A stretch of DNA of 64,000 nt from an uncultured virus (IMG/VR IMGVR_UViG_2643221865_000003). Taxonomy: Duplodnaviria > Heunggongvirae > Uroviricota > Caudoviricetes. Under the pieces are notes generated by a model that saw only the letters and a program-made list of their open reading frames with translations, ran no database searches and had not been told where the DNA came from. Both the position numbers and the translations under genes were made by a program. The stretch is taken from IMG/VR virus record IMGVR_UViG_2643221865_000003; one strand, written 5' to 3'. Position 1 is the stretch's first letter; every line of letters begins with the position of its first letter. This document shows, one piece after another, positions 19,600 to 28,299 of this stretch.

Positions 19600-20490
19600 T
19601 CAAGCGCGGGACGCGAGCCATTCGGCTTTCCAGGCTTCATGCGCGGCTCGCTCCTCTTCTTCAGCGACTGCGCGTCCGCGCATCCATTCGTCGATGAACG
19701 CTTCGGAATCGGTGATCCGGTCGTGAGTCTCTACGCTTCCGGTTTGACGATCGACATTCCCGATCATCCCGGCTCGGCTTGCAAATGACCTCAGGTGAGC
19801 TGGCCAGTTCTTCTGCGGAACCCTTTTTGCCTTGAGTTCGTAGACCTGCTCCGGGTAGGTGTAGAAGGACGGGGTCGGCAGGGGTTCCGTGCTGATCCTG
19901 TTCAGCAGAAACCATGCCACCTCGAACCTATCCAGAAGATCGCGGAAGTTGGACCTCCTGGCGGACCAGGACGCCGCTTGGTCCGCCAGGCCGGTGTCAC
20001 GCTCCTCGAAGCTGTCTCCTCCGGCAGGGTCGACGTAAGCGGAGATGAGCTGGCCGAGCTTGTGGATCTCGGATGCTTCTTCTTTGTGCCGTCCAACCCA
20101 CTTGACGGCGGCCTTCCGCCTCGCGGCGGTGTAGTGGTATGGATCAATCCCGATGAACGGCTTCAGCTTCTTGGTGCCGAACGGTCCAGACAGAACGTAG
20201 TACTCGTGCTCGACGGACGAGGATGTTTCAGTGACGGTCACTGAGACGACATCGCGCATGTAGCTGTCGCCCTCCCAGTCCCACATTTCGACGAGGTCGT
20301 AGGAGACGGTGAAGGGGCCATCGGGCCACATAAGTGGGACGTTGTCCCCCTGGAAGTTGTGGCCCTCCATCTCTCCGAAAACGTTCCGCTTCAGTGGCGG
20401 TGCCGGTGTCGGCTCTTCGATGTAGGCGATCACCTTGTTGAGGTTCGGGGCGTCCCAGGGTTCGGGGGCCCTCGAAGGATCGGCGCTCAT
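19600..20490 (-). CDS. Hypothetical protein
   Basis: Protein-like ORF; SD GGAG. Confidence 0.7.
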   Translation of the reverse strand: MSADPSRAPEPWDAPNLNKVIAYIEEPTPAPPLKRNVFGEMEGHNFQGDNVPLMWPDGPFTVSYDLVEMWDWEGDSYMRDVVSVTVTETSSSVEHEYYVLSGPFGTKKLKPFIGIDPYHYTAARRKAAVKWVGRHKEEASEIHKLGQLISAYVDPAGGDSFEERDTGLADQAASWSARRSNFRDLLDRFEVAWFLLNRISTEPLPTPSFYTYPEQVYELKAKRVPQKNWPAHLRSFASRAGMIGNVDRQTGSVETHDRITDSEAFIDEWMRGRAVAEEEERAAHEAWKAEWLASRA

Positions 20491-20538
20491 GGTCATCTCC
20501 AGTTCTGTGCGGGAGGCCCGCGGCGTTGTCGGGTCCAA

Positions 20539-20547
20539 CATGCGCGG
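20539..20547 (-). promoter_or_regulatory. Motif A
   Basis: CCGCGCATG-TTGGA upstream of 20490. Confidence 0.65.
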
Positions 20548-20635
20548 ATGGCAACCCAATTGTCAATCGTCGAGCAGCAACGACGAAGCGCCCCGAACCG
20601 AAGTCCGAGGCGCTCCCCTTCTAGCCGATCCCGAT

Positions 20636-21121
20636 TCAGGCCGGGATCGGCTCCAGCTGCGCGAGCTCCGCTGCGGCGTCAGTGTCCCAGATGATCGCCC
20701 CGGCCTTCGTGTGGGCGACCATGAAGGTGCGCCCGTCGACGGTGATGATCGAGTTGACCAGGAGTGCGGTGGCATCCGTCTCGTCGAGAGTGAGGTCGTA
20801 CCGGAAGGCCGCCCAGTCGATGAATGCAGCCAGGTGCTCCTCGGTGGGGACGGGGTCGTCAACGATCTGCTTGGCCACGTTGATCCAGGAGAACAAGCCG
20901 GCCAGCACTGTGATGACTGCAGCGACCGCCAGCCAGATGCCGGGAGCGTCCTCGCCCGGGAGGAGGCAGAAGAAGAATCCGACGAGCCCGCCGGCGGATG
21001 CTGCCAACGGGCCGATGGCTCGACGTCCTGCGAACCGGGCTCCGCGGCTGAACTGCTTGCCTGTGTGCACGAACGGGGTGCCGGGGAGGTCGGGGTTGAT
21101 GGGGTCGGGGTGTGCGTTCAT
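20636..21121 (-). CDS. Two-TM membrane protein
   Basis: Two hydrophobic helices; start uncertain. Confidence 0.65.
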   Translation of the reverse strand: MNAHPDPINPDLPGTPFVHTGKQFSRGARFAGRRAIGPLAASAGGLVGFFFCLLPGEDAPGIWLAVAAVITVLAGLFSWINVAKQIVDDPVPTEEHLAAFIDWAAFRYDLTLDETDATALLVNSIITVDGRTFMVAHTKAGAIIWDTDAAAELAQLEPIPA

Positions 21122-21235
21122 ACCCAGACCATCGGGGTGGTCGGCGGTTGCGGTCAGGCCGGAAGGCTTGGAGGTTGCTGGGAGGAGACGGTGAGTCAAC
21201 TGGATCCGATCGGAAGGGTGCAAGGTCGTGGCCTT

Positions 21236-21244
21236 CATGCGCGG
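21236..21244 (-). promoter_or_regulatory. Motif A
   Basis: TGAA-N10-CCGCGCATG-AAGG. Confidence 0.65.
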
Positions 21245-21255
21245 ACCGGACCAGT

Positions 21256-21645
21256 TCAGCTGGTCGTCGCCGGCCGTCCGTCGTCTCGGACGTCGTCGAA
21301 CCAGTGCACCTTCCCGGTGGTCTCCGCCGCCAGGTCCACCAGCTCCGCCGTCCGCTTCGAGGCTTCAGCAGCGTCGACGAGTTGGGCGGCGGCGGTCAGG
21401 TCAGCGGGCAGTTCCAGCTCACTGCTGTTCCCGTCGTGATGCACGCCGGCCTCCGCGCGGAGGTGCCAGCCGGCGAGCTGCTCCAGCACCGTGGTTAGCG
21501 ACCACTGGGCCGCCGACAGTTGACCGAGCAGGTCCGTAACTTCAGCCGGATGCGGCACATGCTGTGTCGAGTCCGCCAAGGTGCGAGCATCCTCCGCCAG
21601 CTCAGCGGCTGCTTTCACCTGGCGGAACTCCTCGAACGTCGCCAT
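21256..21645 (-). CDS. Hypothetical helical protein
   Basis: Protein-like ORF; leaderless after CACACT. Confidence 0.7.
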   Translation of the reverse strand: MATFEEFRQVKAAAELAEDARTLADSTQHVPHPAEVTDLLGQLSAAQWSLTTVLEQLAGWHLRAEAGVHHDGNSSELELPADLTAAAQLVDAAEASKRTAELVDLAAETTGKVHWFDDVRDDGRPATTS

Positions 21646-21700
21646 GCTTCACAGTGTGGCACCGACAAGCGGCGGGCGACAGGGCCACCCGCCGCTGACG

Positions 21701-23878
21701 TCATTTGACGACCGCTGCCGTGGCCGCGCTCATCTTCGCCACCGGGGCGTACCCGACCTTGGAACCGGTCACCTTCACGGTGAGCTTCTTCCCGACGACC
21801 GCCGCGGTCGGCGTGAACGTGGAGTTTGTCGCACCGCTGACCGCTACCCCGGCGGCGTACCACTGGTACTTCAGTCCGACCGTCGCCGGCGACCAGGTGC
21901 CAGTCACCGCGGTCAGCACTCTCCCGACTTTCGCGGTGCCGGTGATCTTCGGAACCGGGGTGGCGGTCAGCTTCTTCGCAGCGGGGACAGTGATCGTCGT
22001 CGCGCTCGTCTTCAACACCGTCGTGTAGCCGGTCTTCGTTCCGGTGACCGCCACCAACAGTTTCTTCCCGATCTGGGCGGACGCCACCTTGTATGTGGAT
22101 GCGGTCGCCCCGGAGATGGCCGTACCGTTCGCGTACCACTGGTATCTCAACGTGACCGGCGCCGGAGCCCACCCGCCAGGAGACGCGGTCAGAATCCCGC
22201 CGAGCGCCACTGTGCCGGTGATCTTCGGGACCGCTGAGATCAACGTCCCCGGTTTCACGGGCAGGGTCGCCAAGCTCGTCTTCGTCACGGTGACGTACCC
22301 CGCTTTGGTCCCGGTCACCTTTACGGTGATCTTCTTACCGACCTGCGGCGGCATCGGCGTGTAGAACGGCGCGGACGCAGACGGGATCGCCACCCCATCG
22401 GCGTACCACCGGTACGCGAAACTGACCGGCGCGGGAGCCCATGTTCCAGCCGACGCGGACAGCCTGATTCCGACCTTCGCTGTGCCGGTTATCTTCGGCG
22501 CGGGTGTGGCCGTGAGCGGCAGTACCGCCGGTGCATACTCTGCCGTCCCAGCCGACGTGCCATCCGTCAGGAACACCTTCCCCTCCAGGTACCCCTGCGA
22601 CGCGACAAGAGCACGGTCGTTGGTGAGCGCGGCGGCGACAACCTCGGGAGCCCCGTTCACGAATCCCGAGCCGAGGTCTTTGACGAACACCGTCCCGGCG
22701 GCCGTCCCGTTCGACTTCCACAGCTGGGTGGCAGCGCCGATGTAGAGCACGTTCGTTCCTCCGCTGAATGGTGACGGCCCTCCGTACCGGGTGGGCACAG
22801 TCGCCAGGTCGATAGTTCCGGCTGCGGTTCCGTCGGTGGAGCGGATGATCTGCTGCTTGGGTACGTTCCCGTCAGAGGTGGCGAGGTACAGCCGCCCTTT
22901 CCACAGGTAGGAGCCGTTGAAGTACCAGCCGGCGCCGAGCGTCTCTTTAGTGCTGCCGTCCCATGCGTATGTGACGGTGCCCGTGTCGGTGCTCTGGGAG
23001 TAGACGAGCTTCCCGTTCACCCCTGCCATCGTCAGAGCGTTCTTCGAATCGGGCACCATGCTGGTGCCAGCGGTCGTCCCGTCAGTCACCCACAGGTTGT
23101 AGACGTGGCTGGCTTCTTCTTCATGGGTGATGGCAAGGAAGTACACCTTCCCGGCTACCTCCACAGGGTCCGCTCCTGGGATCGGTCCGGTGATGGGATC
23201 GCTGATGGTGTGGGTGCCTGCTGCAGTGCCGTCGGAGACGTACATCTTGGCGTTGGTCGGCGCCCACGGGGTGAAGTACGCACGGCCTCCCGCGGACGCG
23301 AAGCTGCTGGACGAGGAACCGTAGGCACCTTCGTAGACCTTGGTCGCGGATGTTCCGGCGGCGTTCGTCGCCCAGACGCCGCTCTTCCCCGTCGTGGTGT
23401 CGGTCGCTCCGAAGTACACGAGGCCGCCGGCTGCTCCCAGGATTCCGTACACCACCGATGTTGTCGAGCCGCTCACTCGTGTGGTCCCGGCGGCTGTGCC
23501 GTTGGTCCGCCATAACTCCTTCCTTGTGCCGTCCGACGCTGCGACGAAGTACGTGTACCCGCCGGCGTCGGTGAACCCGACGTCGCACTGGTCTCCATTG
23601 TTGGAGCACATGGATCCGCTGGCGCCGGGCGTGATGTCTTTCACCAGGCCGGTGCCGGCTGCTGTCCCGTCGGTCTTCCACAGCTCCATGCCGTAGGTGG
23701 CGGTGTGAGCTGCGAACAGGACTGTGTTGCCGGTGCTGTGCAGGTTCGAGTACGGGGTGATCCCATAGGACGAGTCAGCTCGCGCAGGTGCAGCCCCGAC
23801 GAAGATGGTGGCCATGGCGACGGCCGCCGCGACAACCGCTCCGACAATCCGACGTGATGCGGTCAGGCGTTCAGACAT
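21701..23878 (-). CDS. Secreted ELWxxDGT-repeat protein with three C-terminal Ig-like repeats
   Basis: Repeated ELW(K/R)TDGTAAGT; three P.ITGT.KVG..L..YQWYA.G repeats; signal peptide. Confidence 0.85.
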   Translation of the reverse strand: MSERLTASRRIVGAVVAAAVAMATIFVGAAPARADSSYGITPYSNLHSTGNTVLFAAHTATYGMELWKTDGTAAGTGLVKDITPGASGSMCSNNGDQCDVGFTDAGGYTYFVAASDGTRKELWRTNGTAAGTTRVSGSTTSVVYGILGAAGGLVYFGATDTTTGKSGVWATNAAGTSATKVYEGAYGSSSSSFASAGGRAYFTPWAPTNAKMYVSDGTAAGTHTISDPITGPIPGADPVEVAGKVYFLAITHEEEASHVYNLWVTDGTTAGTSMVPDSKNALTMAGVNGKLVYSQSTDTGTVTYAWDGSTKETLGAGWYFNGSYLWKGRLYLATSDGNVPKQQIIRSTDGTAAGTIDLATVPTRYGGPSPFSGGTNVLYIGAATQLWKSNGTAAGTVFVKDLGSGFVNGAPEVVAAALTNDRALVASQGYLEGKVFLTDGTSAGTAEYAPAVLPLTATPAPKITGTAKVGIRLSASAGTWAPAPVSFAYRWYADGVAIPSASAPFYTPMPPQVGKKITVKVTGTKAGYVTVTKTSLATLPVKPGTLISAVPKITGTVALGGILTASPGGWAPAPVTLRYQWYANGTAISGATASTYKVASAQIGKKLLVAVTGTKTGYTTVLKTSATTITVPAAKKLTATPVPKITGTAKVGRVLTAVTGTWSPATVGLKYQWYAAGVAVSGATNSTFTPTAAVVGKKLTVKVTGSKVGYAPVAKMSAATAAVVK

Positions 23879-24021
23879 GCGGGTGCTCCCCAGTTGTCGG
23901 CAGTCCACCTCGAGCCACTCGGGAACTGTTGCAGGCTGGGGTTGGTGCCGGTGCCCCAAACCGTATTGCGGTTCAAGCTGGTGTGTCTATGACCAGTTCG
24001 CGTGGTAGCTGCCGCCGGCGG

Positions 24022-24885
24022 CTACTCCCCCTTGGCCTCCCAAACCTCTTCACCGGTGGTGACGAGGGTGGCGACGCCTTCGCGGATGACGCGGTGGCAG
24101 CCGGCGGAGCTGACGGAGGTGATGGGTCCGGGGACGGCGGTGACGGGGATGTTGAGGGCGTCGGCGCACGCGGCGGTGGTCAGTGACCCGGAACGCATCC
24201 CGGCTTCGGTGATGACGAGCACGTCAGACGCGGCAGCGATGAGTCGGTTGCGGCTGAGGAAACGCCATTTGGTGGGCTGGGTTCCCGGCGGGAGTTCGCT
24301 GACGACAGCGCCGTGCTGGCCGATCCGGTGGATGAGCTGGTCGTGTCCGGCCGGGTAGGGGCGGTCGACACCACCGGCGAGCAACGCGATCGTCTTGCCG
24401 TCGGCGGCGAGGGCGGACCGGTGGGCCATCCCGTCCACTCCGTACGCTGCGCCGGAGACGATGGTGGCGCCGCGGCTGACGAGGTCGGCGGTGATCTCCT
24501 GCGTGGTGGTCTCCCCGTACATGGTGGCGGCGCGAGCGCCGATGACGCCGGCGCGGATGCCGTCGGTGAGGAGGGTGGGATCACCCTTCACGAACAGGAT
24601 GATCGGGGCGGTGTCGCGTAGCTTCCCAGCCCATGACGGCCAGCCGTCACCCTCGGGGGTGAGGACGGTGATGCGTTCACGTTCGATGACCTTAAGCGCG
24701 TAGTCGACCTCGGTCTCGGACGGCCTGCGGCCGGTGCCGGGGATGGAGGTGCCCGGCAGCTTCGCCAGAGCGTCGACCGGTCCGTGGTCTGCGATGAACC
24801 GTCCGACCTCAGCGTTCCCCGGCTCGACGATGAACGACAAGGCGATCCGGGCGGTGGTCGGGTCGGTCGTGGTGAAAGCAGTCAT
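24022..24885 (-). CDS. dprA: DNA-processing protein DprA
   Basis: VIGARAATMYG, IVSGAAYGVDGMAH, FLSRNRLIAA, EAGMRSGSL, VPGPITS; SD GGAG. Confidence 0.92.
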   Translation of the reverse strand: MTAFTTTDPTTARIALSFIVEPGNAEVGRFIADHGPVDALAKLPGTSIPGTGRRPSETEVDYALKVIERERITVLTPEGDGWPSWAGKLRDTAPIILFVKGDPTLLTDGIRAGVIGARAATMYGETTTQEITADLVSRGATIVSGAAYGVDGMAHRSALAADGKTIALLAGGVDRPYPAGHDQLIHRIGQHGAVVSELPPGTQPTKWRFLSRNRLIAAASDVLVITEAGMRSGSLTTAACADALNIPVTAVPGPITSVSSAGCHRVIREGVATLVTTGEEVWEAKGE

Positions 24886-24929
24886 GGTCGAACTCCAAAG
24901 CGTGAGGGTGTCGGTTCTTCTGACACCTA

Positions 24930-24938
24930 CATGCGCGG
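24930..24938 (-). promoter_or_regulatory. Motif A
   Basis: AGAA-N10-CCGCGCATG-TAGGT upstream of dprA. Confidence 0.7.
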
Positions 24939-25031
24939 AGAGCAGCCGTTCTGTGCGGTTGTGCACACACTCGATGTACGTCAGTGAGGATGCTCGCAAG
25001 GGGGTGTACCCGAGGCGTAAGGTCAGGGACC

Positions 25032-25649
25032 ATGGAGTATCTCGAACCGGCGACGCATTGGTTCGCAGCATGGCGGGATGCGCAGGGTTGGCCTCACATC
25101 GATGTGCCCGACGATCTCGACGGCCGCACCTGGTTCAAGAGAGTCGCTCGCGCTCACCCCGACGTGGATGTGGAGTTCTGGCTGGCGAAGTTCGATCTGT
25201 GGGTCCTCCGCCAGTCGTTCCAGCCGATCGGCTTGAAGCAGGTTCGCTTCCCGCTGTCGATCAAGTTCGACTCCGCCGTCGAGGACGACGACGACGGATT
25301 CGGTGGGTTCAAAACCGAAGAGGGCGAAGCTGCCGACTCGGTCATCGAGTCGATCCTGACGGGCGAAGGTCGGTTCATCAGGTTCCGGGTCCGGAAGGCA
25401 AACTACGGACGGTACACCGATGAGCCCGTGTGGAAGCTCTGGTCGGAGCTCCCCCGCGACGAGAGTCTCTGGACCGAGGACATCGGCGGCGAATGGACAT
25501 GGTTCGACGAGCGCAAGGCTTTCGAGGTTGCCCATGAAGCTGTGGGCGACGATCGACCGACGTTCCCGTTCATCGGCAGACCGGAGCGGACCTGGCCGGA
25601 CCTGCTCACTCAGCACGAGCTCAACCCGGACGTGCGAACGAACATGTGA
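25032..25649 (+). CDS. Hypothetical protein, DVDVEFWL family
   Basis: Paralog of 19080..19571; leaderless after TAAGGT. Confidence 0.7.
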   Translation: MEYLEPATHWFAAWRDAQGWPHIDVPDDLDGRTWFKRVARAHPDVDVEFWLAKFDLWVLRQSFQPIGLKQVRFPLSIKFDSAVEDDDDGFGGFKTEEGEAADSVIESILTGEGRFIRFRVRKANYGRYTDEPVWKLWSELPRDESLWTEDIGGEWTWFDERKAFEVAHEAVGDDRPTFPFIGRPERTWPDLLTQHELNPDVRTNM

Positions 25650-25689
25650 CCGCCAGTGGTCGTGTCCTCCAGCGGCCCGTTATGTCAAG

Positions 25690-25746
25690 ACCATTGCATG
25701 CGTGCAATGACTTTGGCCGAAACCATTGCGTGCATGCAATGACTTT
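25690..25746. promoter_or_regulatory. Tandem palindromic operators
   Basis: Two CATTGC-N6-GCAATG palindromes inside 25-bp direct repeats spaced 32 bp apart. Confidence 0.7.
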
Positions 25747-25793
25747 CCCGATTCGGCTTCCAGCGGCTTGCGACACCTCATAGGTTTGCCCGC

Positions 25794-26231
25794 ATGACCA
25801 CAGACTGGCCCGAATACCTTGCCCAGATCACCAACGGGGACACCCTCACCGAGATCTCGAAGCGCACCGGTGCGAACATCGCCAGCGTGCACCGGTGGCT
25901 GCACGGGAAGACCAACCCGACCCACACCCAGATCGCTGCCGTGTGCCGCGCATACAACGTCTCCCCGGCTGCCGCGTTCGTCACCCTCGGCGTCCTCGAA
26001 GAGGCCGACCTCGACCCGGGATTCTGGACGCAGGACGCACCGGTCCGCCTCGCCGACTTCGACACCGACGTGCTGCTGCGGGAGCTCGGCCGCCGCGTCC
26101 AACCCCGCCCTGAACCCAAACCGAAAGGCCACGCCCGCCCGAAGGTGAAGACGCTGCCGGACTACTCCGAGACGGACCTCACCAAGGAGATGATGCGGCG
26201 CGCACGCGAACGGGAGAACGCCAACTCCTGA
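25794..26231 (+). CDS. XRE-family HTH regulator
   Basis: TLTEISKRTGANIASVHRWLHGKTNP; leaderless after TAGGTT. Confidence 0.85.
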   Translation: MTTDWPEYLAQITNGDTLTEISKRTGANIASVHRWLHGKTNPTHTQIAAVCRAYNVSPAAAFVTLGVLEEADLDPGFWTQDAPVRLADFDTDVLLRELGRRVQPRPEPKPKGHARPKVKTLPDYSETDLTKEMMRRARERENANS

Positions 26232-26274
26232 CCGAGACCGGGCGCGGGCAATGCCCCCTCGGTAGGCTCATCTC

Positions 26275-26751
26275 ATGAGCACCGACCAGGCTCACCGGAA
26301 CGCCCGCACCGCCCAGGAGAAAGAAATCGCCTGGCGGGAACGATCCGCCCAGCTCGCAGAGTTCCTACGCGTCCACGGCCGGAAACCATCCCGCCGCTCC
26401 TACGACCCGATCGAAGTGCAGCTCGGCGAATGGCTCCACCATCAACGCCGCATCCAACGAACCACCGGCCTGCCCGACGAACGATGGCACACCCTCGACG
26501 ACAACGCACCCGGCTGGGAAGACACCGTCGACAAATGGCAGCTCCGACTGGAGATGCTGATCGAGTTCCTCGCCACCGAACACCGGTGGCCCCGGCAGTC
26601 GGAGAACACCGAACCGCTGGAACACACCCTCGGGAACTGGCTCGGGAGGCAACGCACCGCACTCCGCACCGGCGAGCTCAGAGAATCACGGCTCGCAACA
26701 CTGGACGAACGAGTGCCCGACTGGGAGACCGGGAACGGGCCGATCGGATGA
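26275..26751 (+). CDS. Stand-alone HA-repeat protein (2 repeats)
   Basis: HGRKP..LGEWLHHQR..PGW; LGNWLGRQR..GEL..LD. Confidence 0.8.
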   Translation: MSTDQAHRNARTAQEKEIAWRERSAQLAEFLRVHGRKPSRRSYDPIEVQLGEWLHHQRRIQRTTGLPDERWHTLDDNAPGWEDTVDKWQLRLEMLIEFLATEHRWPRQSENTEPLEHTLGNWLGRQRTALRTGELRESRLATLDERVPDWETGNGPIG

Positions 26752-26884
26752 ATGGCCGACGTCGGAGAACGCGGGCGGCGAGGCATCAGCGAAGCAAAGC
26801 CGACCCCGGGTTGATCCTTGCCTTCGCGTTCAGCGGTCGGCCACAATGACCTCAGGTGTTTCACTCCCAGCCTGAGGAGAAGAA

Positions 26885-27688
26885 GTGACCGAACTCGACG
26901 TACTCGACGACCAGCAGGTCGCGTCCCCCAGCAAGATCGAAGCGGATCTCGGTGTGGGCGGGCGCAGCCTCATCATCGCTTCCGGGATCGCCATCCCCTC
27001 ATGGGGCATCGACGACCCGAAACAGCACCGGGAACAATGCGTCGTCCACCTTCGAATACCAGCGGACCGAATCGAGCACGTCACCACTCACGTCGGTCTG
27101 GCCAGCATCGGCAACGACGACACCGGTTTCGGGATAGCTGTCGACAAGGCAGACGTTTCGATCAACCCGACCACCGGTGAGCTCGATTTGACCACTGAGC
27201 TTTCCTTGGCTGGCGACTCGGTCATGTGGAGGTTCTCCTACCAGGTGGTCGCCACTGTTGTCCGCACAGTGAACGAGATCACAGGAACGATCGGCTGGCC
27301 GAAAGACCGTCTCGACCCGGGCAGCACGTCGCCGTCGGCCGTCGCCCCGCATTTCCTCATCCAGCTGAACGACCGCGTCATGACGAAGATTGAGGGAGAG
27401 CCGGGCACCTTCGGCGGGGAGACCGAAACCCTGACCCCTATCGGCGTCGGAGAGATCACAGCTGTCAAGTACGGGTCGAAGAACATCCAAGCCACCTACC
27501 GGATCAACAACCCGCCGAAAGGCCGTGAGCTCCGGGTGACAGTGACCCCCATCGGTTTCCCCATTGGCGCTGGTGAGACGGTGGGCGCCGGTGCGGTTCC
27601 GGCTGGCACTGACGTGTTCACCTTGACGATCGATCAGCCGTCCAGGTCGAACGTCGACTTCAAAGTCGCATTCTCGAGGGTCCGATGA
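26885..27688 (+). CDS. Beta-rich hypothetical protein
   Basis: SD GAGGAG; related to the downstream gene. Confidence 0.8.
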   Translation: MTELDVLDDQQVASPSKIEADLGVGGRSLIIASGIAIPSWGIDDPKQHREQCVVHLRIPADRIEHVTTHVGLASIGNDDTGFGIAVDKADVSINPTTGELDLTTELSLAGDSVMWRFSYQVVATVVRTVNEITGTIGWPKDRLDPGSTSPSAVAPHFLIQLNDRVMTKIEGEPGTFGGETETLTPIGVGEITAVKYGSKNIQATYRINNPPKGRELRVTVTPIGFPIGAGETVGAGAVPAGTDVFTLTIDQPSRSNVDFKVAFSRVR

Positions 27689-28293
27689 GCAGCTGGGACA
27701 TCGAGTATGGGACCAGGTCACCGTGGGCTGTTTGGGAGGAGTATGCCATCGAACCGCCTGATGACCATGCTCAGCCCATCGTGAAGATCCCCGTGACAGG
27801 GCCGGCACCGTTCAACACGTTGGCGGTTGTTCGTGGCCGAGCAATTGTCGGAGACGGCTTCGTCTCCAACGACCGGCCGAAGCCAGAGCGACGGTTGGTG
27901 AGCACTCACCTGAAGATCCCGGACTACGACATGGAGCGGCCCTGGCAGGAGCAGCTGCAGCACTCCACCACAGCTTCCCTGTTCCACTTGTCGCAGACAG
28001 ACCAGACCGGCTCTACCGATGCCGGCGCACACTTCATCGCCGCAATCGACTCGATCGTGTTCGAACCTGTCATCAACGAAGACACCGGCCGTCTCAGCAT
28101 CAACATCGACACCAACAAGCTGGGCGACCAAGTCACCGCCATCCACTTCCTGGAGATGACCAGCTGGGTTCTCTACTTCGACCCGAAGACTGTCAAGCCG
28201 GGAACCCCGAAGCCACGTGAGCATCCGCCGGTAAGGACCGGACGCGGGGAAGGCACCGGCGGGCAGATCGGCCTCGACAACATCGGCGGCTGA
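27685..28293 (+). CDS. Beta-rich hypothetical protein (distant paralog of 26885)
   Basis: ATGA overlap; shared HL(R/K)IP and INxxTGxL blocks. Confidence 0.75.
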   Translation: MSSWDIEYGTRSPWAVWEEYAIEPPDDHAQPIVKIPVTGPAPFNTLAVVRGRAIVGDGFVSNDRPKPERRLVSTHLKIPDYDMERPWQEQLQHSTTASLFHLSQTDQTGSTDAGAHFIAAIDSIVFEPVINEDTGRLSINIDTNKLGDQVTAIHFLEMTSWVLYFDPKTVKPGTPKPREHPPVRTGRGEGTGGQIGLDNIGG

Positions 28294-28299
28294 TCCCGC

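Noticed and set aside
19638..19646. Exact motif A copy on the minus strand
   Set aside because: Inside a CDS 3' end with no co-oriented gene following; consistent with chance
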